Source of the DNA: Candidatus Eiseniibacteriota bacterium
GTDB taxonomy: Bacteria; Eisenbacteria; RBG-16-71-46
DNA length: 64,000 bases
Direction: 5' to 3'
NCBI GenBank assembly: GCA_963707915.1
Contig: OY970178.1
Span: 3,360,001-3,424,000 of the forward strand
Shown: positions 19,584-28,743 of the stretch, one piece after another
Layout of the letters: every line of letters begins with the position of its first letter
How positions within the stretch are numbered: position 1 is the first letter of the stretch
Notes under the pieces: generated by a model
Seen by the model: only the letters and a program-made list of their open reading frames with translations
Told to the model about the DNA's origin: nothing
The model's database searches: none
Translations under genes and position numbers: made by a program

Positions 19584-19946
19584 TTGTGGTGGCTGATCGG
19601 TCTGCTAGCGGCGCTGGCGGCATCCACCCAAGACAGCACCCGGAACACGGGGGTCAGCGCAGCGAGAAGCCCAGTGTCTGATAACTCGCGCCTGTTGACC
19701 TACCGCTCCCGCGACGGCCGCTCCTTCTTCCGGTTCCGCTTCTCGCCATTTGGCGCCGGCGTGCGGATCTTCATCCTCGAGTTCCCAAATCCACAGATCG
19801 GCTCCTGCCACGTGCTGCACGACGACCGCGGCGCGGCCTACATCTGCTGGTCACGGGCCATCAACTCCCTGTCTGACGCGAAGGCGGTCGCAGCGCTCTG
19901 GGCCGAGGCAACGCTCGTCTACCAGCGCACCGGCCACGTCTTCTAA
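19584..19946 (+). CDS. Small E2/UBC-like protein with hydrophobic N-terminus
   Basis: GGAGGG RBS + TTG; beta-rich segment, then H-V-L...G..YICW and helix W...T..Y..TG; TAATG coupling to the E1 gene. Confidence 0.55.
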   Translation: MWWLIGLLAALAASTQDSTRNTGVSAARSPVSDNSRLLTYRSRDGRSFFRFRFSPFGAGVRIFILEFPNPQIGSCHVLHDDRGAAYICWSRAINSLSDAKAVAALWAEATLVYQRTGHVF

Positions 19947-21478
19947 TGGAGGCTACCAACTTGATCAAGTTGAGCATCGTTTCGCACGGCCTCGTCTTGA
20001 AGGAGGGGGGATTCGGCCCTGCTGTGGCAGAGCCCGCCCAGGTGATGCGGTTCACCGCATCCGCGCACCGTCAGATCATGGGCGCGATCGGCACGAAGGA
20101 GCCCGAGAACGGGATGCCGCTCGGTGGCGACCCGGGCGACGGCATCGTCCGCCACGTCATCTTCGACGACAGCGGCGAGCGGTCCAGCGGCACCTACTCG
20201 CCCGACCATGTCCGCCTGACCGCACTGCTGGACGATTGGTGGAGGCCTTCGGGGATCCGCCTGCTGGGGTTTGTCCACTCGCATCCGGGCCGATTCGCGC
20301 GCCCTTCCGACGGGGATCTGAAGTACGCCGGCGAGATCCTCGAGGCCAACCCGCACCTCAACCGGTTCCTGATGCCCATCGTGACCGTTGAGCCAAAGCC
20401 GGTCGTGCACCCGTTCGTCGTGGTCCGGACTGCCAGGGGCGTCGTGGTGAAGCCGGCTGTGCTGGAGGTCCTCGACGAGGTGCTGGTCGCGCCGGGGGAG
20501 AAGGCCACGCCGCCGGTGAAGACCGTGACCAAGACGGAGTCGCCCCGTGCCATCCGTGAGGCGACCTTCCAGCGGGTGGTTAGGGCTTACGACCTCCCGC
20601 ACCTGCGCTACTGCCGCGTGGTCGTTCCTGGTGATGGGGGTGCTGCTGGCTACGTCGAGGATCTCGTGCGGGCGGGCATCCACGACCTAGTGCTCATTGA
20701 TCCCGATGTTGTCACTGCCACGAACCTCGCCACCCAGCAGGTCTACCGCCGAGACCTGGGCCGGCCAAAGGTCGAGGCGCTCGCCGACCGACTGCGTGAC
20801 ATCAACCCTGCCGTCGAAGTGCTGGCCATCCAGCGGGACTTTAATGAGTTCACCGACGCCGAGATCGAATCGTTGCTCGGGCTCGACTGCGCCCGACCCC
20901 CGATCCGCACGCTCGTGTGCGGCTGCACCGACAACTTCTACGCCCAGGCGCGCGTCAACCGCGTCGGCCTGCAGTTCGGCGTGCCCACGCTCTGTGCGCA
21001 GGTCTACGCCGAGGGCCGGGGCGTCGAGATCACCTTCACCTACCCGGGCATCACCCCGGCATGCCATCGCTGCGTCCTGCGGTCGCGCTACGACGCCTAC
21101 CTGAAGGAGGGCTACACCAACACCGTGACGTCCGACGGCACGCCGGTCGGCTGCACGACACGGCTGAACGCGACCAAGTTCTTCGTGGCCATGGCCTTGC
21201 TGCACCACGGCACGGCGCATCCGCGCTGGGGCCGGACGCTGGAGCGCATCGGGAACCGCAACCTGGTGCAGCTGCGGCTTGACCCCGACTTGGAACTCCC
21301 GGTGTTCGACCGCGTGCTGGCCGGAGACAGGGCTCGCATCTTCACGGACGAGGCCGTGTGGCTCCCGCAGTTGCCCGAAGGCCGGGCTACCGGGCGCGCC
21401 CCTTGTCCCGACTGTGGCGGTACGGGCGACCTGCGTGCGGCCATCGGCTCAATCCCGGACACCCGGCTGCCCCGATGA
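19946..21478 (+). CDS. JAB/MPN+ peptidase fused to ThiF/E1-like adenylyltransferase
   Basis: JAMM motif HSH-x7-S-xx-D; GDGGAAG, LIDPD.V..TNLATQ, GRPKV, CTDN, Zn pairs CHRC and CPDC. Confidence 0.9.
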   Translation: MEATNLIKLSIVSHGLVLKEGGFGPAVAEPAQVMRFTASAHRQIMGAIGTKEPENGMPLGGDPGDGIVRHVIFDDSGERSSGTYSPDHVRLTALLDDWWRPSGIRLLGFVHSHPGRFARPSDGDLKYAGEILEANPHLNRFLMPIVTVEPKPVVHPFVVVRTARGVVVKPAVLEVLDEVLVAPGEKATPPVKTVTKTESPRAIREATFQRVVRAYDLPHLRYCRVVVPGDGGAAGYVEDLVRAGIHDLVLIDPDVVTATNLATQQVYRRDLGRPKVEALADRLRDINPAVEVLAIQRDFNEFTDAEIESLLGLDCARPPIRTLVCGCTDNFYAQARVNRVGLQFGVPTLCAQVYAEGRGVEITFTYPGITPACHRCVLRSRYDAYLKEGYTNTVTSDGTPVGCTTRLNATKFFVAMALLHHGTAHPRWGRTLERIGNRNLVQLRLDPDLELPVFDRVLAGDRARIFTDEAVWLPQLPEGRATGRAPCPDCGGTGDLRAAIGSIPDTRLPR

Positions 21479-21561
21479 AGCTGTCCACCTCGACCCTGGA
21501 CTCGTGCGCCGTCGCGACGGCGGTCTCCCTGTCGGTCGCGCCCGGGAGGACCTCGAGCTAG
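21475..21561 (+). CDS. 28-aa Ser/Thr-rich coupled micro-ORF, in frame with MT-A70
   Basis: ATGA overlap with E1 stop; its TAG is directly followed by the MT-A70 ATG. Confidence 0.35.
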   Translation: MKLSTSTLDSCAVATAVSLSVAPGRTSS

Positions 21562-22167
21562 ATGCGCCGCCAGTACGCCCTCATCTATGCCGACCCGCCG
21601 TGGCGCTACAACAGCAAGCGCCACGGCTACGGTGGCGCCGAGGACCATTACCCGACGATGGCCTTGGAGGACATCAAGGCCATCCGGGTACCGGCGGCTG
21701 ATGACTGCGCGCTGTTCCTTTGGGCCACCATGCCCTTGCTCCGACAGGCGTTCGAGGTCATCGACGCCTGGGGCTTCAAGTACAAGACCACGGCGTTCTG
21801 CTGGATGAAACAGACGAAGTCCGGCGTCGGCCTGGTCACGGGCCTTGGCTTCTGGACCAGGTCGAACGCCGAGGTCTGTCTGTTGGCGACACGGGGACGG
21901 CCGCGCCCCGTGTCCCACCGAGTCCACTCGGTCGTGATTGGTCCACGTCGACGTCACAGCCAGAAGCCAGACGAGGTCCGGGAGCGGATCGTGGAGCTGA
22001 TGGGCAACGTGCCGCGGCTGGAGATGTTCGCCCGGTCGCGGACGCCCGGCTGGGACGCCTGGGGCAATGAGGTCAAGAGCTCAGTCCAGATCCAGGTGCC
22101 CGGGCTGGACAGCGCCGGGCGCACGGAGTCTGAACGGAGGTGGCGCCGGTGCTCGATCGCCTCCTGA
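21562..22167 (+). CDS. MT-A70 family N6-adenine methyltransferase
   Basis: IYADPPW, LFLWAT, WGF.YKT, TRSNAEVCL, HSQKP, LEMFAR. Confidence 0.93.
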   Translation: MRRQYALIYADPPWRYNSKRHGYGGAEDHYPTMALEDIKAIRVPAADDCALFLWATMPLLRQAFEVIDAWGFKYKTTAFCWMKQTKSGVGLVTGLGFWTRSNAEVCLLATRGRPRPVSHRVHSVVIGPRRRHSQKPDEVRERIVELMGNVPRLEMFARSRTPGWDAWGNEVKSSVQIQVPGLDSAGRTESERRWRRCSIAS

Positions 22168-22520
22168 AGCTGATCGTCACCCTGACCCTGCTGTTCTTCC
22201 TGCTGCAGGCGGTCATCGGAGTCCTGGTCCGCGTCCTTGACGCGGCCCTCCATGGGGCCGCCTCCGCCCTCGGGCACGCTGGGAACTTCCTCGGCAACGT
22301 TCTGGTGATCGTAGTGGAGGTCATCTTCTTGGTCGGGCTCATCGTCCGAGGGGCGCAGTTCGTTGCCAACCGGGATCCTCGTGCAGCTCGGGAACGAGCG
22401 ACACGAGATCGAGCCGTTCGCCAGCGTGTCCGCCGTCCGACCGAAGGCGTGCCGCCGGTCGAGAGTCACGCCGAGGTGCTGGACGACCCCGACCCGGCTA
22501 TCGGGGAGGAGCGCGAATGA
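22140..22520 (+). CDS. Two-TM membrane protein of the mobilization module
   Basis: Two hydrophobic segments; ATGA overlap with the coupling-protein gene. Confidence 0.65.
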   Translation: MAPVLDRLLKLIVTLTLLFFLLQAVIGVLVRVLDAALHGAASALGHAGNFLGNVLVIVVEVIFLVGLIVRGAQFVANRDPRAARERATRDRAVRQRVRRPTEGVPPVESHAEVLDDPDPAIGEERE

Positions 22521-24070
22521 TGGTCGAGCATCTCGCCGCCCAGCTGCGCCGGCTCCTCAAGGGCTCCGAAGCGGACACCGCGAGGCGTTGGCACGCCACC
22601 ACCGAGCGCGCGCGGAACGCCGACGCTCACGCCCGCCGCGACGCGTTTCTTCGCCAGATGCGCGCCACGCCCGGGGACGGGAAGGTGCTGCTCGGCCGCG
22701 CGCAAGCGCGCGAGGGCGAGTTCCAGTGGTGCGGCATGCCGCTGCCGACACTCTGCTCCATGCACCTCGGCATCTCTGGCGCGACTGGCACGGGCAAGAG
22801 CTTCATGGTCGCATCGCAGCTCTTTCAGCTCGTCACGCTCGGCGTGCCGGTCATCCTCACGGACATGAAGTCTGAACTCGCCGACCTGATGTTGAACGTG
22901 GTCGTCCCCGCGGTCGTTGCCCGCGGTATGGAAGATCTGATCGACCGGGTGCGCGTCGTTCGTCCATTCGATGCAGGGCGCGTGCCCTTGCTCCGTCTGA
23001 CTGAGCCTGAGCCTCGAGTCTCTCGGCAGATCCAGAGCATGAACATCGCCCAGGGCCTGAGCGAATCCGTCGGCGAGGGGCTGGGTGTGCGCATGTTGCG
23101 GGCGATGTTGCCCATGGCGGGCTTGGCCGTGGAGCGCAACTTGCCGCTCCCGGTGTTGACGGACTGGCTGCGCTCGCCTGAGGTATTCGCGCGGGCGGCA
23201 GCCTCGTCTTCCGATCCGATCGTCCGCTCGTATGCTCTTCACGAACTGCCGCGAGAGAACCGTAGCTCGCTGGACGCGCTTCGGGCCCGGCTCGACCTGC
23301 TCTTCCACCTGCCCGAAGTGCGCGATGCGTTGTCCGCTCCGCGCTGCCTGTCGTTCGATGACGCTCTCGACTCGGGCGTGACCATCCTGGACTTCGGCTC
23401 GCCTCCGGGCGGCGCCGAGGACGCCATGAAGTTCATCGCCGGTCCGGTCGCGGGCCGGTTAGGGCGCGCTATCCTCTCGCGGCAGGTGTCGGATAACACG
23501 CCCCCCGCGGTCGTCGCGTTCGAAGAATTCCAGCAACTCCTCAGCTCGTATCAGGTCGAGATGTACAAGCGTCTACTGGCGCTTTGCCGTTTCAAACGCG
23601 TCTGTCTGTGGTTCTCGAACCAGCAGCCGGCCCAGATCGCTGAGGCAGACCGGACGCTGCTGCGCATCCTGCGCACCAACCTCGGAGCCGAGTGCATCTT
23701 CCGCTCGTCGGTCGAGGACGCCCGCACTCTGTCCGAGGGGCTCTCGACGCGTTCCGCCGACGAGACGTTGACGCAGGCGCGCAGCCGAGTCGTCGAAGAG
23801 ATCGCAACGCTCCCGAAGCGTTCGTTCTTCTTCTGGTTGCGAGATTCCGCGTTCGGGCCACAGCGGCTACAGAGCCCGCGCGTCAACATCGGTGCGCTCA
23901 AGGCGTCTGCGGCGTCGCTCACGCCCGAGCAACGCGAGCGCATTCGCCTCGGCACCGTCTCGATCGAGCGGCCGGTGGACAACCCGTCGCCTACGCCCGC
24001 GCCCGAACCGGATCCCCGGGTTGCGCCACTTCCCCCACAGAAGCGCCGCCGGGCGCCGCGGCTGGGGTAG
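22517..24070 (+). CDS. VirD4/TraD-like coupling ATPase
   Basis: ISGATGTGKS, TDMKSE, VAFEEFQ, LCRFKRV..SNQ..AQ; adjacent to relaxase. Confidence 0.8.
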   Translation: MMVEHLAAQLRRLLKGSEADTARRWHATTERARNADAHARRDAFLRQMRATPGDGKVLLGRAQAREGEFQWCGMPLPTLCSMHLGISGATGTGKSFMVASQLFQLVTLGVPVILTDMKSELADLMLNVVVPAVVARGMEDLIDRVRVVRPFDAGRVPLLRLTEPEPRVSRQIQSMNIAQGLSESVGEGLGVRMLRAMLPMAGLAVERNLPLPVLTDWLRSPEVFARAAASSSDPIVRSYALHELPRENRSSLDALRARLDLLFHLPEVRDALSAPRCLSFDDALDSGVTILDFGSPPGGAEDAMKFIAGPVAGRLGRAILSRQVSDNTPPAVVAFEEFQQLLSSYQVEMYKRLLALCRFKRVCLWFSNQQPAQIAEADRTLLRILRTNLGAECIFRSSVEDARTLSEGLSTRSADETLTQARSRVVEEIATLPKRSFFFWLRDSAFGPQRLQSPRVNIGALKASAASLTPEQRERIRLGTVSIERPVDNPSPTPAPEPDPRVAPLPPQKRRRAPRLG

Positions 24071-24083
24071 GGAGGACTCTTGC

Positions 24084-24401
24084 GTGCGAGAACTCCAAAC
24101 TGTGCTCCGGCTTCTGCGAGCCGTCTTGGGGATTGCCCTGTGGTGCGCGGGCACGGCGTGGCTCGGTGTCACGACGCTCTGGCGTGCGGGCATGTTGCTT
24201 TCGCGATTCAAGGCCATCTCCGCCCAGGTACGGCTCTGCCCCCGTGGGCACGAGGTGCCGGTCTACAGGCTGTGGGACTGCCACTGCGGCAGCCGAGTCG
24301 AGGGCTGGGCATTCGCGCCCTGCTCGATCTGCCGCGAGACGGCCGGCTACGTCCCATGCCCGACCTGTGGCCTGCCCGTGAGGAATCCACTCCTGCCATG
24401 A
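24084..24401 (+). CDS. Small TM + Zn-ribbon protein
   Basis: GGAGGA RBS; hydrophobic N-terminus; CPRGH, CHC, CSIC, CPTC. Confidence 0.65.
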   Translation: MRELQTVLRLLRAVLGIALWCAGTAWLGVTTLWRAGMLLSRFKAISAQVRLCPRGHEVPVYRLWDCHCGSRVEGWAFAPCSICRETAGYVPCPTCGLPVRNPLLP

Positions 24402-25186
24402 CCCCGCTCGTCCGTCGTCAGCCCCGCCATCACCGTCGCCGCGGCGTCGCCGTTCAGCTCACTGAGCGAGACGGAGCGGTGCTCCACGCCCTTGGTCGCT
24501 TCAGGCTTGCCCGGACGTCAGACCTCGTGGCCTACGCCTTCGCCGGAGTCCGGAAAGACACGGCCGCAGTCCGGCTCCGGCGGCTGTTCGACGGCCGCTT
24601 CCTGGCCGTGCTGCCGCCCGAGCAGGGCAAAGAGAACGTCTACCGCTTGGGGCCGGCCGGGAAGGTCCACCTCGCCGAGGAGGGAGTCGGTGTCGGTCGT
24701 GTTCCCCGTGGAGGACTCGAGCACCACCTCGCCATCGTCGAAACCTGGGTCGCCGTCGCCGGGCTCGACCGCCTCGAACTCGAGCGCGCTCTGCCCGACT
24801 GGGAGCTTCGCGAGCAGTTCAATACCGCCGAGCTGCACGTCGTGCCTGACCTCTTCCTTCTCGTCCGCGTTGGCGAACGGCAACACGCCGTCGCCGTCGA
24901 GGTCGACCGTGGCACCGAGTCGCTGGCCGTCCTCAACCGAAAGCTGGAGGCATATCGCTCGCTCTGGGGGCAGGCGCCTGGGCTGTTCGGCTACCGGCAG
25001 TTCGGCATCGCGCTCGTCTGCCACACCCCGGCCCGTCGTGCCCAGCTCGCCTCCGCACTCAAGAGAGCATGGGTTGTTCCGCATGTGTTGTGGACGTGTT
25101 CTGAAGGGCCGAATACCGCTGTGCATCAGCTCATTCAGGGATTGCTGGCTCCCCTTGAGGCCTCCCCTTACCCCAAGGGGACCTGA
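24398..25186 (+). CDS. Replication-relaxation family protein (putative relaxase)
   Basis: LTERD..L..L.RFR, HHLAI, VPD.F, AVEVDRGTE. Confidence 0.85.
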   Translation: MTPLVRRQPRHHRRRGVAVQLTERDGAVLHALGRFRLARTSDLVAYAFAGVRKDTAAVRLRRLFDGRFLAVLPPEQGKENVYRLGPAGKVHLAEEGVGVGRVPRGGLEHHLAIVETWVAVAGLDRLELERALPDWELREQFNTAELHVVPDLFLLVRVGERQHAVAVEVDRGTESLAVLNRKLEAYRSLWGQAPGLFGYRQFGIALVCHTPARRAQLASALKRAWVVPHVLWTCSEGPNTAVHQLIQGLLAPLEASPYPKGT

Positions 25187-25192
25187 CCAGTC

Positions 25193-25432
25193 ATGCGATC
25201 CGAGCGAGCAGAGCCTAACGACGAAGGTCGTGCTCTTGATCCGGCTGAAGCCGAGCGCGAACGAACTCTGCCGCACCTCCTCACGCTACCCGAGGTGGCG
25301 GTGTTCCTGAGCGTCAGCCCAAAGACCGTCCGGCGGTTGGTCAGTCGCGGTCTGCCGTGCGTACGTCTGGGCCGGGTGGTACGTTTCCGGCAGGCGGACC
25401 TTCTCCGGTTCGTGGAGGCACGGAAGGAATAG
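25193..25432 (+). CDS. xis: Excisionase-like HTH protein
   Basis: LLTLPEVAVFLSVSPKTVRRL...RLGRVVRF; directly before int. Confidence 0.85.
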   Translation: MRSERAEPNDEGRALDPAEAERERTLPHLLTLPEVAVFLSVSPKTVRRLVSRGLPCVRLGRVVRFRQADLLRFVEARKE

Positions 25433-25435
25433 CCG

Positions 25436-26416
25436 ATGCCAAAACGAATTCGGAACTTGGTCAAGCGCGGGAAGACGTACGTCTACCGCTACAAGGTGAA
25501 CGGCAGGACGGTCAGGCGAGTCCTCGGGGATGACTACGAGGAAGCTTGCCGACTGCTGCGCTCATTGAAAACCGATGTGACCCAGCCCGGTCCGGACGTC
25601 ACCGTCGAGGATGCCGCTCGGAGGTGGCTTTCGGGCTACGTTCCCACCGTGAGGCGCGAGCAGGACCAGCGTCTCGCGGCGCAGCGGGTCAAGGACTACC
25701 TCGTCCGCTGTCTGGGGTGCCTTCTGCTGCGGAAGCTCACCGGGGATCACGTCCGCGCCTATCGGCTGTGGCTTGAGAAGCACAAGCTGTCTGCGCAGTC
25801 GGTCAAGCATATCCTGTCTGATCTCCGGTGTCTGTTGAACTGGTGCGAGGACGTGGGGCTCACCGATCGGAGCGTCTTTCCCCGGCGCGTCCTTCCGAAG
25901 ATCCAGGAGCGGCCACCGGACCGCCTGACGGATGAGCAGGTAGAGCAGGTCTGCTCCCTGGAGGAACCGTACGGCTTCATTGCGCGGCTGCTCGTCTCCA
26001 CCGGAATTCGCTGGGGGGAGGCGGTGAGCGCGCAGGCGACCGATGTGCAGAACGGCTGGCTCGTCGTGCACCAGACCAAGAGCGGGAAGGTGCGACGCGT
26101 GCCCCTGACAGACGCGCTCGCGGCCCAACTGCGCTTGCGGGTGGGACGGCTGCTGCCGCTCCGCAACGCCGACGGCTTCGCGGTGCAGGTCCGGAAGCGG
26201 ACCGGCATCGAGGGGTTCCACGCGCACCAACTCCGGCACTCGTTCGCGTGCCGGTGGCTGGAGGCGGGGGGCAGCCTTGCGGCCCTGCAAGAGATTCTCG
26301 GGCACGCATCCATCGTGACGACCCAGCGATACGGTCGTCTCGGTGAGGCACATGTGTTGGCGGAAGCGCGGCGAATCCAGGGGCAAGGGGTCACATCGGG
26401 GGTCACACGAGGTTGA
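25436..26416 (+). CDS. int: Tyrosine integrase
   Basis: TGIRWGE, TKSGK.R.VP, HQLRHSFA, LGHASIVTTQRY. Confidence 0.95.
   Translation: MPKRIRNLVKRGKTYVYRYKVNGRTVRRVLGDDYEEACRLLRSLKTDVTQPGPDVTVEDAARRWLSGYVPTVRREQDQRLAAQRVKDYLVRCLGCLLLRKLTGDHVRAYRLWLEKHKLSAQSVKHILSDLRCLLNWCEDVGLTDRSVFPRRVLPKIQERPPDRLTDEQVEQVCSLEEPYGFIARLLVSTGIRWGEAVSAQATDVQNGWLVVHQTKSGKVRRVPLTDALAAQLRLRVGRLLPLRNADGFAVQVRKRTGIEGFHAHQLRHSFACRWLEAGGSLAALQEILGHASIVTTQRYGRLGEAHVLAEARRIQGQGVTSGVTRG
26387..26407. repeat. Direct repeat GGGGTCACA x2, candidate integrase arm-type sites
   Basis: 26387-26395 and 26399-26407, in the int 3' end near the tRNA. Confidence 0.5.
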
Positions 26417-26449
26417 CGAAACCTCTCTAAGTCGTGTAAACACGGCCCC

Positions 26450-26540
<91 letters not shown>

Positions 26541-26598
26541 TCCTGCAAGGGGTTGCGTCGCCAGCGCGATGCAGCCCCTTTGCCGTTGAAGAGGCGTC

Positions 26599-26617
26599 TT
26601 GCTAACGGATTGCTAAC
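26599..26617. repeat. Direct repeat TTGCTAAC x2 after the tRNA 3' hairpin
   Basis: 26599-26606 and 26610-26617. Confidence 0.5.
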
Positions 26618-27082
26618 AGACGGATCCGCGAGTTGCGCGAAATCGAGGCTGCGGAGCGACGGCTTGCCGTGCGCGGTCGAGGTAGTTCCCGCGGCGGGTG
26701 AGCGTGTCGATGGGGCGGGCAACGCCTGGCTGAGACCTTGTTGAGGTGTTCCGGCAGGCAGTTCAACGGCCGGCCTGGAACCTGCCCACTTGGATCTGCG
26801 GCCTGTGGAAGAGCGATCCGGGGCGGCGATGCGGTCGGCGAGGAAGGCAGCGCCTGCAGGCGTTCCAGCGGGCCGTGCAAGCGGTGCGCCGGGTGTCGGC
26901 GGTCAAGAGCGTTCTACTCCATCCCCGGGGCGCTCCTGTGCCTCCAGTGACAGGCAGTGGAATCTGGTTCGTGGGCTCTTCTTCAGGAGCCTGCATTGGG
27001 AAGGGAGTGTTACTCTAGGTTCACCGAACAGGCGAGGGTCGCCTGTCCGGCAAGCAACCTGTCCAATGGCCTAGAGGCCGTC

Positions 27083-27970
27083 ATGCGTTCTGATTCGCCG
27101 TCTTGCACCGAGCACACCCCTTGCACTCGGCGGCGCGCGCTTCAGACATCCCTGCTGGTCCGGACGTTCCTCTGTTGGGTTGGAGTCCTCGTCATCTGTT
27201 CGACCGCCGCGGCATCCGAGGAGGGACCACGACGCCCGCTTTCTGAGGACGAGCAACTCGCCTTGTCAGTGAGCGAGGCAGATGCGATCGTCATTGGGTA
27301 TGTCGGGCAGCTCAGGGACACCACGTTCGATTCTTGGCCGCACAAGGACCTGACGCTGCGGCCGTTGCGCTGGCTCAAAGGGCCTGGAGGGTCCGCCGAC
27401 CTGCACTTCGGTCTGTTCGAGAATGAAGCGCTATGGCGGGACATCGGGCCCATGGAGAGGGATGGACAGCCGATTGCCGGGGTCTTCTTCCTTCGACGTT
27501 CTCTGGACAGTTGGATGTCTGCTCACTACGGTGCTGGATACAAGAGAGGACGACTCGTCCGCCTCGACCGGCCCACGGACGAGACGCCGGAGACGCGCGC
27601 CATCGAAGCAATGGTGAAGCGACAGAGTCTGGATTCCCTGCTCATCCGGGCGGACTTGGTCATTCTCGGCCACAGTGTGCCTCCCTATAGTGGCAGTCGC
27701 GTGCGGGTGGATAGCGTGCTTGTGGGCTCAGCCCCCGGAGACACCGTCGTGGTCAGCAGCCCCTGCGGCTCCTCGTACACCGACGGTCCCGGGGTGTTCT
27801 TTCTTCGCCGCGTCTCGTTGAACCACTTCGAGACTGTCGATTTCCGCGCAGGCTCCGTCGCGGTGAACGCCGACACCCTTGTGCGCATGGGGATCCCGCT
27901 TGGCAGGGTTCTCCGGCGCACGACCGAACTTCGCTCGCAGCGCAGCGGTGACCGAGGGGGCCGGCCATGA
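27083..27970 (+). CDS. Exported hypothetical protein with an internally duplicated domain
   Basis: Signal-like segment; SEADAIVIGYV..GVFFLRR repeated as RADLVILGH..GVFFLRR. Confidence 0.6.
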   Translation: MRSDSPSCTEHTPCTRRRALQTSLLVRTFLCWVGVLVICSTAAASEEGPRRPLSEDEQLALSVSEADAIVIGYVGQLRDTTFDSWPHKDLTLRPLRWLKGPGGSADLHFGLFENEALWRDIGPMERDGQPIAGVFFLRRSLDSWMSAHYGAGYKRGRLVRLDRPTDETPETRAIEAMVKRQSLDSLLIRADLVILGHSVPPYSGSRVRVDSVLVGSAPGDTVVVSSPCGSSYTDGPGVFFLRRVSLNHFETVDFRAGSVAVNADTLVRMGIPLGRVLRRTTELRSQRSGDRGGRP

Positions 27971-28203
27971 TCAAGCGGGCGATGTGCGTGCTGTTGCTCG
28001 CGGCATCTGTAGCTGCACTGCCAAGAGTTGCTGTGGCCGGAACATGGGAGGGCCTCGGCCGTCTCGCTCGGCGGATGCACCTCGGTCAGTAGCCCGGCCC
28101 GGAACAACTCGGCCAGCTTGCGGGTGCCCCGCCCCCCGCGACCGCCCAGCCCGGCAATCCCGCTTCACCCATCGCAACACCCCATCTCGGAGGTCAAGAA
28201 GCC

Positions 28204-28743
28204 ATGGCTGCGACCACCCTCGACAACCTGCAGGCAGCCTTCGACGGCGAGAGCAACGCGCACGCGAAGTATCTCGAGTTCGCCAGGCAGGCCGACGCCG
28301 AGGGCTACGGCCGGGTGGCGGTGCTGTTCCGCGCGGCGGCGCGTGCCGAGGAGGTCCACGCGAGCAACCACGCCCGGGTGATCTTCCAGAAGGGCGCCGA
28401 GCCGCTGGCCGAGGTCCATGCGGCGGAGGTCCGCAGCACGCGCGAGAACCTGCAGGTGGCGATCGCCGGCGAGACCTACGAGTTCGAGACCATGTACGCG
28501 GGCTTCCTGGCGCAGGCCCGGGCGGAGGGGGACGCGGCGGCCGAGCGCACGTTCCGCTTCGCGAGCGAGGCCGAGAAGGAGCATGCGCGGCTCTACTCGG
28601 AGGCGCTCGCCCATCTCGACGACTGGCGGGCCGCCGCTCCCTTCTTCGTCTGCCCGGTGTGCGGCTGGACGGTGTCGGCGGTGGACTTCGCGCGCTGCCC
28701 GGTCTGCTCCACCAAGGACGAGCGCTTCGAGCAGGTGGCCTGA
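28204..28743 (+). CDS. rbr: Rubrerythrin family protein
   Basis: AFDGES, EEVH, GETYE, EKEH, CPVCG/CPVC. Confidence 0.92.
   Translation: MAATTLDNLQAAFDGESNAHAKYLEFARQADAEGYGRVAVLFRAAARAEEVHASNHARVIFQKGAEPLAEVHAAEVRSTRENLQVAIAGETYEFETMYAGFLAQARAEGDAAAERTFRFASEAEKEHARLYSEALAHLDDWRAAAPFFVCPVCGWTVSAVDFARCPVCSTKDERFEQVA

Larger units (their letters stand above)
1..26440. mobile_element. Integrative (mobilizable) element / defence island abutting the tRNA-Ser(CGA) 5' end; left boundary outside window
   Basis: xis+int at the right end next to a tRNA; coupling protein, relaxase, RadC, DUF932, R-M and other cargo; visibly less GC-rich than the downstream core genes. Confidence 0.88.

Noticed and set aside
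19946..21478. Thiamine/molybdopterin biosynthesis ThiF/MoeB, or CBASS Cap2/Cap3
   Set aside because: No thiS/moaD/thiG or CD-NTase and effector adjacent; JAB-E1 order differs from Cap2 (E2-E1)
1..26440. Prophage
   Set aside because: No capsid, terminase, tail or lysis genes in the window; relaxase and coupling protein indicate a mobilizable element
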